The notes under the pieces were generated by a model. It saw only the letters and a list, made by a program, of their open reading frames with translations. It was not told where the DNA came from and did no database searches. A stretch of DNA of 63,073 bases, filler included, from Reclinomonas americana ATCC 50394 (taxonomy: Eukaryota), in NCBI GenBank assembly GCA_048213135.1. It is 5 parts of 3 records of this genome, joined end to end, with 100 filler letters (N's around TTAATTAATTAA, not from the genome) between each part and the next. Parts side by side here need not be neighbours in the genome. Positions count along the whole stretch, not along the records: positions 38,453 to 57,240 come from PS015420.1; positions 57,341 to 61,502 come from PS015421.1; 3 more parts are not named here. One strand, written 5' to 3'. Shown here in pieces: positions 45,641-57,426 of this stretch (the first letter of the stretch is position 1; the number at the start of each line of letters is the position of its first letter). The translations under genes and the position numbers were made by a program.

Positions 45641-47161
45641 ATGTTGCGCGCGTGCATTCATCGCCTGTTCTCCACTGGCAGTCGCGCCAATGCCGCTGCT
45701 GTGCGCACACACCGCGAGCTGCACGCGCAGATGAGCAATGCAGAGTGGAGGAGCACGCACGGGCACAGTGAGGCTGTGCGAGTGGCGGTGTTCCACGGTG
45801 TGTTGCCCGAGTCAGCAGCGTTCCCCAAGCAGGCGGCGAACGACAAGAGAGCGGCGGTGCAAGTAGAGGAAGAGGACGAGGAGGAGGAGGCTGGAGAGGA
45901 GACTGCACTGTCGTTGACGTGCAACTTGCGTGTGCAGTGGGCGGCCAGTGGCGCAGAGGCGCACATGGGCAACGTGCTCAAGCCTGCGCAGGTGCGTGTC
46001 TGCGTGAGAAAGAGAGAGAGCGTGTGTGTGTGTGTGCGTGTGCATGTGATTCAGATTGATTGCATGCATGCATGCATGTGCAGGTCACGAAGCAGCCGCA
46101 GGTCTCGTACCCCGGCGACGGCATTCCCTCTGATACGCTCTTTTCTCTCATTCTGACAGACCCTGGTGTGTGTCGCTGTGTCTCGCTATGTGTGATGAGG
46201 GATGCGTGCATTGATGTGTGCGATGCAATGCAGATGCGCCGGCGCGTGAGAACCCCATCTATGGCGAGTGGCTGCACTGGATGGTTGTCAACATTCCTGG
46301 CAACGAGGTCGCACGAGGCGATACAGTGGTGCAGTACATTCCGTCGGCGCCACCAAAGAACAGCGGTCGGTGATCGCACTGTGCATTTGTTGCTACTGCT
46401 GCTGCGGCGGTGCATCTGAATGTGGTGGTTGTGGTACAGGTCTGCATCGATACGTGTTCCTGCTGGCCAAGCAGACCAACGGGCGCATCGACTCCNNNNN
46501 NNNNNNNNNNNNNNNNNNNNNNNNNNNNNNNNNNNNNNNNNNNNNNNNNNNNNNNNNNNNNNNNNNNNNNNNNNNNNNNNNNNNNNNNNNNNNNNNNNNN
46601 NNNNNNNNNNNNNNNNNNNNNNNNNNNNNNNNNNNNNNNNNNNNNNNNNNNNNNNNNNNNNNNNNNNNNNNNNNNNNNNNNNNNNNNNNNNNNNNNNNNN
46701 NNNNNNNNNNNNNNNNNNNNNNNNNNNNNNNNNNNNNNNNNNNNNNNNNNNNNNNNNNNNNNNNNNNNNNNNNNNNNNNNNNNNNNNNNNAAGTCTGTGC
46801 CGCAGCTGTCGGCCACGTCGCCGCAGGATCGAAACAATTTTTCGTCGACAGATCTGTTTGAGAAGCACGCGCTGCAGGTGAGAGAGCTCGTCGTCGTTGT
46901 CCGAGCGCGCGTGCACACGCTGACGCACACACACACACACCGCCGCAGTTGGAGGGCATTCGTATGTATCAGGCTGAGTGGGACGAGTCCGTTGCCGCCG
47001 TGTACAAGTCACTCGGCGTCAACGAGGATCCAGTGTATCAGACACTACGCGAGTCACGCCACGAGGCGTACGAGAGTGCGATTGCAGAGCGGCAGAAGTG
47101 GAACAACTCCACCGCTCGCGCCATTGTGGACGAGCTGGAGTCGCGCAAGACCAGGGAGTGA
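45641..47161 (+). CDS. Phosphatidylethanolamine-binding protein (PEBP) family with mitochondrial-presequence-like N-terminus (possibly mL38-like)
   Basis: MLRACIHRLFST... N-terminus, then GNVLKPAQVTKQPQV, FSLILTDPDAP, EWLHWMVVNIPG, YIPSAPPKNSGLHRYVFLL and YQAEWDESV. Confidence 0.9.
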
Positions 47162-47576
47162 GGGTTGTGCTGGGCAGAGGGGGAGCGGAGGAGTTCTCCT
47201 GGTGTGGAAAAAATGCATAACGAACGCTTCTTAGAAAAGATTTCTACATTCATGGTGGTAATTGCACACGCGCNNNNNNNNNNNNNNNNNNNNNNNNNNN
47301 NNNNNNNNNNNNNNNNNNNNNNNNNNNNNNNNNNNNNNNNNNNNNNNNNNNNNNNNNNNNNNNNNNNNNNNNNNNNNNNNNNNNNNNNNNNNNNNNNNNN
47401 NNNNNNNNNNNNNNNNNNNNNNNNNNNNNNNNNNNNNNNNNNNNNNNNNNNNNNNNNNNNNNNNNNNNNNNNNNNNNNNNNNNNNNNNNNNNNNNNNNNN
47501 NNNNNNNNNNNNNNNNNNNNNNNNNNNNNNNNNNNNNNNNNNNNNNNNNNNNNNNNNGAGCCGACGTCGTCGTCTC

Positions 47577-49242
47577 TCACAGCTCTTGGATGAGGAAGCG
47601 CGACTTTGCTGCTCCTTGCGACGCCTGTTCCCGTGCGGGTTCGCCCATGAAACGCAGCGTGTCGCGGAACTGTGAGGCCGAATCAAGTGCCTCCACGGTG
47701 CGACCGATCTTGTTGGCGGCTGCCGAGGCTCCCGGTGTCACCAACTCGATAATCTCCCCATCGTCGTCACCGTCATCGCCGCCACGATGGGCGTCCGTCT
47801 TCGTTTGCCCCTTGCCACTGACCGTGGTGGCCGAGGCGCCGCCTCGGTTCTCCTTGTCGACGTCGGCGACTCCGGCACCGGCGGTGACAAAAGTGGCGCA
47901 CTCGCGGTTACTGCTGTCGTGCTCCTCGTCGTCGTCCTCCACGACCTCAATGGGCACACGACTGGCCGACAGCGGCGGCTCGTCCGTGTTCTGCTCGGCC
48001 ACGGGGAACACTGCCGGATTGACTTGCGCTTGCGGCGACGGCAGGTGCTCGATCAGCATGCGACGCCCNNNNNNNNNNNNNNNNNNNNNNNNNNNNNNNN
48101 NNNNNNNNNNNNNNNNNNNNNNNNNNNNNNNNNNNNNNNNNNNNNNNNNNNNNNNNNNNNNNNNNNNNNNNNNNNNNNNNNNNNNNNNNNNNNNNNNNNN
48201 NNNNNNNNNNNNNNNNNNNNNNNNNNNNNNNNNNNNNNNNNNNNNNNNNNNNNNNNNNNNNNNNNNNNNNNNNNNNNNNNNNNNNNNNNNNNNNNNNNNN
48301 NNNNNNNNNNNNNNNNNNNNNNNNNNNNNNNNNNNNNNNNNNNNNNNNNNNNNNNNNNNNNNNNNNNNNNNNNNNNNNNNNNNNNNNNNNNNNNNNNNNN
48401 NNNNNNNNNNNNNNNNNNNNNNNNNNNNNNNNNNNNNNNNNNNNNNNNNNNNNNNNNNNNNNNNNNNNNNNNNNNNNNNNNNNNNNNNNNNNNNNNNNNN
48501 NNNNNNNNNNNNNNNNNNNNNNNNNNNNNNNNNNNNNNNNNNNNNNNNNNNNNNNNNNNNNNNNNNNNNNNNNNNNNNNNNNNNNNNNNNNNNNNNNNNN
48601 NNNNNNNNNNNNNNNNNNNNNNNNNNNNNNNNNNNNNNNNNNNNNNNNNNNNNNNNNNNNNNNNNNNNNNNNNNNNNNNNNNNNNNNNNNNNNNNNNNNN
48701 NNNNNNNNNNNNNNNNNNNNNNNNNNNNNNNNNNNNNNNNNNNNNNNNNNNNNNNNNNNNNNNNNNNNNNNNNNNNNNNNNNNNNNNNNNNNNNNNNNNN
48801 NNNNNNNNNNNNNNNNNNNNNNNNNNNNNNNNNNNNNNNNNNNNNNNNNNNNNNNNNNNNNNNNNNNNNNNNNNNNNNNNNNNNNNNNNNNNNNNNNNNN
48901 NNNNCGATTACGTTGCTAGTCAGGCTGTGGATGGGAGCGGGAGTTTTCTCTTCTCCTCTCACCCTCCCTCTCTTCCTCGCTCTCTCCACAACACCAACAA
49001 AACACCCCATCTCCAACAGCAAACTGATCACGACTCCCCCCTCAATCCCTTCCCTTTTCACTCCCCTCCTCACCATTGCCTTCAATCCACAAACACCGCA
49101 GCCCAGTGAGCAGCGCCACCACATCAGGCACCCGCGTGAACCCGCGAAAATGCAAATAGATCTTCTCGTTGAGCTCGAGACTGCCGTAGCCGCCTTGATC
49201 GCGGCACAGCTTCTTCAGCGCAGCCTCGTTCAGTGTCGCCAT
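47577..49242 (-). CDS. DNAAF1: Dynein axonemal assembly factor 1 (LRRC50/ODA7)-like LRR protein; LRR core hidden in gap 48069-48904
   Basis: First exon MATLNEAALKKLCRDQGGYGSLELNEKIYLHFRGFTRV...TGLRCLWIEGNG matches the DNAAF1 N-terminus (LxKLC...LNDxLYLHFKGF...YTGLRCLWL). An acidic C-terminal exon ends RFLIQEL-TGA. Confidence 0.85.
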
Positions 49243-49547
49243 AGAGAGAACGATCAAGAGAAGAGAAAGAGAGAGAGAAAGCTCGGCGTTTCGCGCGTAA
49301 ACGAACGGACAGTTGTGCGGACTGACTCATGTGTTCGGATCGCAATCATAACAATGGGTGCGCGGCCTCTTCCTCTCTCTCTTCACTCACTCACACACAC
49401 ACACTCTCTCCCTCACTCTCTCTGCTTCCCTCTCTCTTTCTCTCTTCTTCTCTGATTTTCTTTCCAATTTTCTTTCCCACACTGCTCTGCCTCTCATTCT
49501 CTCTCTCTGTCGTGCCTCACTGACTGTCTCTGTCTGTGTATGTGCAG

Positions 49548-50815
49548 ATGTTGCGGCTTAGGAGCGCGTGTCTCTCTCTCCCTTTCGCGTGTGCATATGC
49601 TCACATCACATCTGTGCAACTTGTATTACAGTTCCGAGCAGTGGAGCATGGCGTTCTGCACCTGCGCAACCCGGCTGTTGTTAAGCGCGACATGGACCGG
49701 TTGAACACACTGTTGCGTCATGCGTGTGTGTGTATATGTGCACAAGTCTCTCTTTGATTGGACTCAAATGTGCCGGACAGTGTGCGGAGACGGAACACGA
49801 TCACGTTGCCGCTGGTGGACGTGTTTGCATTGCAGGATGTGCCTGGAGTGCGTATACACACACACACACTCTCTCTCCCTCCCTCTGTCTCTCACTCCCT
49901 TCCTCTCTTCACAGGGCAACTACACGGAGCGATTCTATTACTTGTCAGTCAGCTGCAACCCCTTGTTTGAGCAGCGCTCGTTTGAGGAGCTGCGGATGGC
50001 CGACTTGGTGGCGGTCGGTCAGCTGCCTGTGCATAGTTGCGCGACCATTGCTGCAGTGTGCATGTTCCTCTCAGTGTGAGTCACTGCGCTCCATGCATGC
50101 TGTGCAGTGTTGCCACCGGAGCCGTCGCAGAGTCCGGCAGTGAGGCATAGTGCGTGAGCGATGCCCTTCTATCGCCTTTGCATTTCTGTTGTCTGACTGA
50201 CTCGTGTGCTGCGCAGTCGCCGAATGCCGGTTCGTTGCTGCTCTGTCTCCTGCATTGCCGGGGTGCATGGTCGACTGACACTGTGCAGGTTGGCCGTGAC
50301 CGACGCCGAACGAGCGCGACAGTACAGTGGTCTGTTGGCCACGCTCGCCGAGAACGGCGACGATCGTCCGGCCGACGAGCTGCGCTGCCTGGCCGATGCG
50401 GTGGACGCGTTGGCCGCCAGTGCCTTGACCGCGGTGCGTGCGGTGCATGCGCTGGGGGCGGAGATGGGCCAGGTGCCGGAGCAACCGGAAGGCGCCGGCT
50501 TTCCGCGCGCCGTTCGACTGGAGGTGAAGCCGGAGGAGGAGGGCGAGGCGATGGTCGAGAAGAAGCCGGTACGTCGTTGTCAAAGTCTGTTGTTGCATCG
50601 GCGACAACTAATACACGCGCCACGCAGGAACGTGAAGTCGAGAAATCCTCCGCGGTCGGTGCCGGCGTCTCGTTTTTGGTTCGTCTTCAGTCTTCTTCTT
50701 CTCCTCGCTTCGTTGCTCGGCTCTCACTGGCATCCGCCAGGGCAAGCTTCTCCCGCGGCTTCGTGGACTGCTCAAGTCTGAGAAAGCGCCAGAGCCCGCG
50801 TCTGCGCCCATATGA
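49548..50815 (+). CDS. Hypothetical protein with GLEBS-like SFEELR motif; start uncertain
   Basis: Phase-compatible exons FRAVEHGVLHLRNPAVVKRDMDR|VRRRNTITLPLVDVFALQDVPG|GNYTERFYYLSVSCNPLFEQRSFEELRMADLVA, then a helical exon and a last exon ending APEPASAPI-TGA. Confidence 0.55.
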
Positions 50816-50899
50816 GAGAGTGTACACAGAAAAATACGAACACGGAAGAGTCCCACGTCCTTCGTTCCTTCTTCTCGTGAAAACTAACAGCAAGAGCGA

Positions 50900-52623
50900 A
50901 TGCTCGTGGGTCGCGTACTCCTCCCGCGACTGACCGCACTCGCCTCTCACGCACTCGCACCTCATCCACGACGCAGCGCACTCGCACAATCGGCTTCTCC
51001 CTCATTGCTCGTCTTCTTCTCCTCCTCTTCATCATCATCGCTGGTGACATCGCGATGCGCACCAGCCGAGTGGAAAGCCGAGAATATGCACAAGCAGCAA
51101 GATCGATTGCAAGCTCGCATTCAGCAGGCCGACGAGTTGGAGTGGTTTCGCACAATGGTGCCCTCTCATCCACCACCTCTCTCCGGTGTGTGCACAGTCA
51201 GTGTTCGTGCGTCTGTGTTGGTGTCACTTGCTCACCTCTCACACAGAGGAGGCGTGCAACACGGGTGCGACTGTGGGATTTCCCGATGGATTGCCTGTGG
51301 AGAGTGTGCTCGAGTGTCTGATTCAGCGCGGTACTGTCGATCGATCGTCGGCGACCAGGGCCATGGTTTGCGGAAGTACCGCGCTCTCATGTACGTATCG
51401 CGCGCGTTCTCATCACTCGCGCTGCGAGGCAGGTGGCACTGGAGCAGCAGCTGGTGTACACGTGCGGGCAGTGGCGACAGCTGACGGCCACCGATCTGCA
51501 TGGCTTTCCGGCGGGTCTGCGCATTGCGTTGGATCAGGCGTTGCAGCGACCGCACGCTGCCGATGCCACTGGTCAGTGGCGAGGAGCGAATGGAGTCAGT
51601 CTGTGTACTTGCTGACTGACTGTCGACGATCGCAGCAATGATTGGTTTGTTTCGCGAGGCCATGGTGACTGGCGATGCGAGCGCTGAGGAGGCCAAGCCG
51701 GAGCCGACTGCGTGGTTCCGCTGGTTGATGTTGGGTGCGGCTGCGGCCGTGGCGACCTCCATGGCCATCCACGTGTCGCGGGTGATGCAGGAGCGACGAG
51801 CGGCCGATCCACCGGCGCCACCACCGACGTGGAACGATCTCGTGCCGGGTTGGTTGATGCGGTACGCCGTTGGCGATGAGCACGAGTCGTTGCGACGAGT
51901 GGTGGTACGTTTGGGGCTGCTGAGGATAGACAGAGAGACGCCCATATGAGCTGACTCGGTCGATCCTCCACGCACACAGTTGACAACTTTCGGTTCGGTG
52001 CTGGTGGTGGTGTGTGCCATGCGCTACGATCGACGGATACCGACGCCGCGCGTTCCTCTGCGCGAATTCGACGGCTTCGCACCGCTCTCGTGGCGGGAAC
52101 GATTCCAGGCCCTCGTCACCTTTCTCAGTTTCGGCACCGTGTTTGGTTTCATCGACAATGCCGGCCTCATTGTCGGCATGGACTGCATCGAGGAGACCGT
52201 CGACAAGTACATTATCAAAGACAACATGGTGAGCGGGGAGAGCGAGACTGCATTCGCCATTCTCTCTCGAATGCTGAACGGGGGCGGTGCGCACAGGTGG
52301 TCGCCGGCATCGGCAACGCGTACTCGGACGTGCTCGGTGCCTTCCTCGGCGCCTACATCGGCAGCATGATCATGAAGAGAACACTGTGGAATGCAGGTAC
52401 GTGTATGAACGCATACACCACGCTTCTTTTCTGTCTGCCCTCACTCACAGCCGCGCTCGCTCGCACAGGCTCCGCACCACTGTGGATGCAAGCGTGGGGC
52501 GTCGGCATCGGCTGCATGATCCCCGTGCTAGCTCGTATCGCCTACGTCAAGTACTGGCCGGCAAGTACCCCTTCGCCTGCTTCAGAAGCACCAACAGCTG
52601 CAGCACCATCATCTTCCCCCTGA
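50900..52623 (+). CDS. TMEM65: TMEM65-like mitochondrial membrane protein with long N-terminal extension
   Basis: FGTVFGFIDNAGLIVG..IE, MVVAGIGNAYSDVLG and WGVGIGCMIP match TMEM65 motifs (FGFLDNAIMI, MAAAALGNLVSDLAG, GVTIGCILG). The N-terminus is R/S/L/A-rich and presequence-like. Confidence 0.75.
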
Positions 52624-52661
52624 GGAAGAAACTAATAAACGACTATCGTCCTGTCCCAGCC

Positions 52662-53106
52662 ATGCCAGCAGTCACCTTGCAACGAATGTCCAGTCGAGCA
52701 GCGTATGCTGCTGTGGATCTTCCTGTGCGACACCTCTACCGTCGCATCTTGCGTGCTGCCTCGGTGTTCCCCTCGTCAAAGCGAACGCAGATCATCGAGG
52801 TCGGTGATGACTTTGCCAGTGTCTCTCACGCCCCCCTCTCTCTCTGTGCGTGTGCTCATGTGTGCCTTGGCGATGCGCAGGAGATACGAATAGGTGTGTG
52901 TACGTTGATCGTGTGTGTGTGTGTGTGCGTGTGCATGCATTCACTGATGACTCCTTGTCGCAGAGTTCCGCAACAATCGGAGTGTGCGAGACGCCGATCA
53001 GCTGAAGCGACTGCTGGCCGACGCACGAGAGGGTCTTCAGCGACTGGAGGCCTACGCCCCGCTTCAGTCAAGCAGTCCTGAGTGGGAGATTGACTATGGC
53101 AAGTGA
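52662..53106 (+). CDS. LYR-motif (Complex1_LYR) protein, 3 exons including a 13-nt micro-exon (52881-52893)
   Basis: VRHLYRRILRAASVFPSSKRTQIIE|EIRI|EFRNNRSVRDADQLKRLLADAREGLQRL, with TGA at 53104-53106. An alternative ATG is at 52686. Confidence 0.88.
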
Positions 53107-53142
53107 AACCACTTGGACTCTTCATTGTATGTAAGTGTGGTA

Positions 53143-56100
53143 TCATAGACGACTACTGCCGCGACTCAGTGCACTCAGATTGGATCCGCGACGGGCGCCC
53201 CATTGTGTCGAAGGAACGGGCGATGGAGCAGGCTCCTCTTGCTCCAACATCATCTGGTGCACCGGTGTGAGCAGAGAGAGAGAGCAGAGACAAACATAAG
53301 CGAATGGAGAGGGGGGGACGCACATCGGAGCTGAGGCCGAGCTCGGCACGCAGTCGGGCGAGAGGTGAGCCTGCGCTGCTGACACGGGATTCGGTGGGTG
53401 AGCGGTGCGTGCCGCTGGTTGCCGTGGCAGGTGTCTTGGCGTCCAGACTGCTGCCGCTCGGTGACATTTGACGACGGTCTCCGCGGCCGCGACTGGTGGG
53501 GGAGGTGGGACTGCGCGTGGTGGGCGTGCGCGGCTGCACCGCCGTCTTGAGATCGTCGCCAATGCACTCGAGGAACAGGCTCTTCTTGGGCAGTGACGAG
53601 AACAGGCGCGACGTGGTGTGGCTCAGCGGCGCCACATGCGGTATCATGCCTTGCGAGGCGGCGCGTGACAGGGCACTCGGCGACGACGGGTTGCTGAGGG
53701 CCGCCGGGAGCTCAGCCGGATCGGCACCCAGCAACATTAGTTCGTGCCGCAACTCGCTCTCTAGCCGCTCGCGTTCGTGCTTGATGCGTGTGTAGTGCTA
53801 CGCAAGTCGTCACGAGTGAGAAACAAAGCAGAATTTTTCACGAACGAAGGTGCCACTGCACACACCTCGCGTTCTCGCACACGAATCTGCTCCTCGATCA
53901 CCTCCTCGGTGCGGCGTGTGTAGGGGAAGTGTCGTTTCGGCTGCGACTGCGTCACCATGAACTGCTCGCGGCGCACCTGCACCGCCGGCGAGACCACCAG
54001 CGGACCCGACGTGCGCAGCTTTGTGCTGCCGGAGCTTGAGGTGGGTCGGAATGGTGGTGGTGATGGCGGCGGTCGGCTACCCTGCGAGGATGGCGAGCGA
54101 CCAGCCGAACCTCGGCGGGCCTCGCGGCTTCGTGGTGCCGGCGGGAGACTCGATGAGCCGTGTGTACGCGACACACCGGCACTCTCGTCACCGTGAGTCG
54201 ACTGCGAGTGCGGAGCGGTCAGCGACCTGTGCACGGAATGACGAAGAAGAGAGAATGCAATACGCACATCACTGATGTTGAGCCTGGAGCGGTTGCCGAC
54301 CGACGACCGTGGTCGGCCGATCGAGGGCGTAATCATGGAGAGCTGCATGGCAACGGTGAGCAAGAGAGAGTGAAATGAAAAAATCACCTCCTTCGAAGTA
54401 CCTCGTTGAGGAGTTCTTCGTTTCGTGTAATCACGGTGGCCTCGCCTCCTGGCGACACACTTCGCAGGCGCTGTCGTGCATTGGGGTCGCGTGTCTTGGC
54501 GGTCTTGATCATGAGTGCGCGGTACAGTTTGGCACGCAGCTCGGGACCAAGAGCGTTGGCCAGATCGGCTGCATGCACATCAAACGTGCCTGGGAAACAC
54601 TGCGTGAGACGATGCCAAGGTCAAGGAATATGCTTGCACGTCTCACTCACCTCTGCGCAGAGCCGAGCGCGACTCGGAGCTGATGGGCTCGCTCAGCACG
54701 TACTTGACCAGGTGACTGCGGAAAAAAGAAAACAGAAGTGTGAGTACGGCAGCCGCGGCAATATTCGTGAACGCTGCGAGCACACCTCGTGTCGTGCACA
54801 AACTGCGACAGGTGGCCACCGGCACCGGCCCGCGTATCGTGCATGCGGCTGCGCTCGGTCCGCCGAATAATCTCGAGCGACGACTCGAAGGCCGCCAAGC
54901 GCGACAGCAGATCTCGCGGGTCGAACAGGGCAGAGAACAGGCGGTTCACACGAGCCATATTGGGCGCAAACGCCTCGGTCTGCGCCCACTGGGGGAAGGC
55001 TTTCTTGAAGACTTCCTGCAAAACGAAGGACAAAAAATGGTGTCAGCGGTCAGCCAGTCGCTCCTCCTCCTCTCCTCCACGCCTGCTCACCTCGATGCAC
55101 ACACGCATCGCCAACAGCATCACGGGAATGCGGAACGACATGTCAAACTTGGTTGCCGAGGCGTACAGCAGGTCAAGAGTGAACTCGTAGGCCTCCAAGA
55201 ACTTTTCTCCCTTGGCGGCTCTGCTCACAATAAATAGATCAGCTGATGGACACCCCTCGAAAGATTGCACAGCGACACCTACCGTTGCACGTCGGTCATG
55301 GGAGTTGGTGCGATCACTGCATGGTAGAAAAAGTCGACAATCACCAGCAGCTCGACAACTGCGGCGCTGACGTGTGAGAGAACGCGGGAGGGGGGAAGAA
55401 CCAACCCAGAGTGTAAACTTCCGAAACTGAAGGCATTCGCGGTGATCTCGGCAATGATGGACTTGGGGCTCTGCGTCGTGTGAATCTGTTCGAACGGGAA
55501 CACGCCGAGGAACACTTTCTGCACTCCGACACACTTGTGTGAGCCATGTGGTGTGCACACACGAAGAACTGTGGTGGTACTGACCATAATGTTGATGGCC
55601 TCAAAGGTGTCAATCTCCGGCGCCCTCTCCAGCTCCAGTCGAATGCTGGAGGCGTGTTCGTCAAACTTGGACGGGAGCGGGCTGCTGGAGCGCACGCGCA
55701 TCAACATGGACGGTGGTGACGACAGGTGTGGCGAGCCGATGGAGACGGTGGTGGCCATGTCCACCGACGATGGCGACAGTGACACGTTGCTGTTGGAGTA
55801 GTGTGAGTAGCAGCAGTGCAGTGAGCAGCAAACACACCGCGTTTTACCTGCCACTGCGCAGCCGCGACATGGTCGGTGACACGCCCGCCGGCGACTGCGG
55901 CACCTCCTCCGGTACCCACCGCTCGTTGGCCGGCGGATCCACAATGCTGTCCGTCACAAACTGCACCGGTCGTGTTTGCGTGAACTTGGGCAGCGGCTCT
56001 GCCGAGTTATCCACCGGCTGCGACTGCTTGTACGGGTACAGATACTTGTTGCGATACACATCGAACGCCGCAGCTCCATTGCGACTGATCGGGCGACCCT

Positions 56101-57240
56101 CCTCGTCCACCTGCTCGTCACCTTCGCCGCTGGCCGCCGCCGCCGCCNNNNNNNNNNNNNNNNNNNNNNNNNNNNNNNNNNNNNNNNNNNNNNNNNNNNN
56201 NNNNNNNNNNNNNNNNNNNNNNNNNNNNNNNNNNNNNNNNNNNNNNNNNNNNNNNNNNNNNNNNNNNNNNNNNNNNNNNNNNNNNNNNNNNNNNNNNNNN
56301 NNNNNNNNNNNNNNNNNNNNNNNNNNNNNNNNNNNNNNNNNNNNNNNNNNNNNNNNNNNNNNNNNNNNNNNNNNNNNNNNNNNNNNNNNNNNNNNNNNNN
56401 NNNNNNNNNNNNNNNNNNNNNNNNNNNNNNNNNNNNNNNNNNNNNNNNNNNNNNNNNNNNNNNNNNNNNNNNNNNNNNNNNNNNNNNNNNNNNNNNNNNN
56501 NNNNNNNNNNNNNNNNNNNNNNNNNNNNNNNNNNNNNNNNNNNNNNNNNNNNNNNNNNNNNNNNNNNNNNNNNNNNNNNNNNNNNNNNNNNNNNNNNNNN
56601 NNNNNNNNNNNNNNNNNNNNNNNNNNNNNNNNNNNGCCGCCGCCGCGGCAGCTGCCGCTGCTCCGGCCGACGAGTGCACATTGAGTGTGGGCTCGGTGAG
56701 GTTGCGTTCCACAGCCATGTGCAAGTGCTGCAGATCGCGCTCCACCTTGGTGCTGTACGGAACGTGACGGACTTTTGGTTTCAGGGTGAGGAAGGTGGGA
56801 TCGTCGGGGCGGCCCTTGGCCAGCGTTTCCACGTGCAGCGAGTTCAGCGGCAATCGCTGCCGCAGCATGTTGATGTTACGCTGCGTGGCAGTGACGCCCA
56901 TCTTCTCCAGGTACCGCACAGCGTACTCGTGAAAGAGCGCGTTATTGATGCTGGTTTTGCCCTCGTGCGAGTCCATCTTGACCGGAATACGCACCGTGAA
57001 CATGTCGCGAGCGTCCGCCTGACACACCCAGTGAGAAGTGGAAAGAGAGGGCGGGGGAAGAGGGACGCGATGATCACGCGCACCAGTGAGCTCTCTGTGG
57101 GATCTGTGCTGCTCGTCGGCATCACACCGCTCTTATCCAGTGCCTGGCGATGTCGCGCGGCCACGGCCAGTGGTCTGGCCTTGACAAAGGACGGAGCACC
57201 GCCTTCCAAGTCCAACTCGAACGTCTGCGCAGCGAGTCCA
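53143..57240 (-). CDS. Hypothetical multi-exon protein (5' end at or inside spacer); helical central domain, S/P/R-rich tail
   Basis: Long open exons with GT-AG junctions, e.g. NNALFHEYAVRYLEKMGV, RIPVMLLAMRVCIE|EVFKKAFPQW...LFDPRDLLSRLAAFES and IKHERERLESELRHELMLLG. TGA is at 53145-53143. Confidence 0.65.
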
Positions 57241-57340
57241 NNNNNNNNNNNNNNNNNNNNNNNNNNNNNNNNNNNNNNNNNNNNTTAATTAATTAANNNN
57301 NNNNNNNNNNNNNNNNNNNNNNNNNNNNNNNNNNNNNNNN
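57241..57340. other. Artificial contig spacer
   Basis: N44-TTAATTAATTAA-N44. Confidence 0.97.
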
Positions 57341-57426
57341 AGAGAGAGAGAGAGGGATCGTACGTGTTCGTGTGTGTGTGTGCATGGGAGTGTGACTCAC
57401 TTGTACTTGTGCATGTGTTGGTGCAG

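Noticed and set aside
34369..49455. Long ORFs in the supplied track that run through N-gaps
   Set aside because: Their length is inflated by X residues, so it is not evidence of coding.
6093..49561. Possible reassignment of TAG to a sense codon (open frames continue after TAG in KTI12 and the transposase; in-frame TAG at 49559 in one gene model)
   Set aside because: I found no in-frame TAG inside conserved domains in the exons I checked. KTI12 ends where homologs end, and the 49559 case disappears if ATG 49548 is the start.
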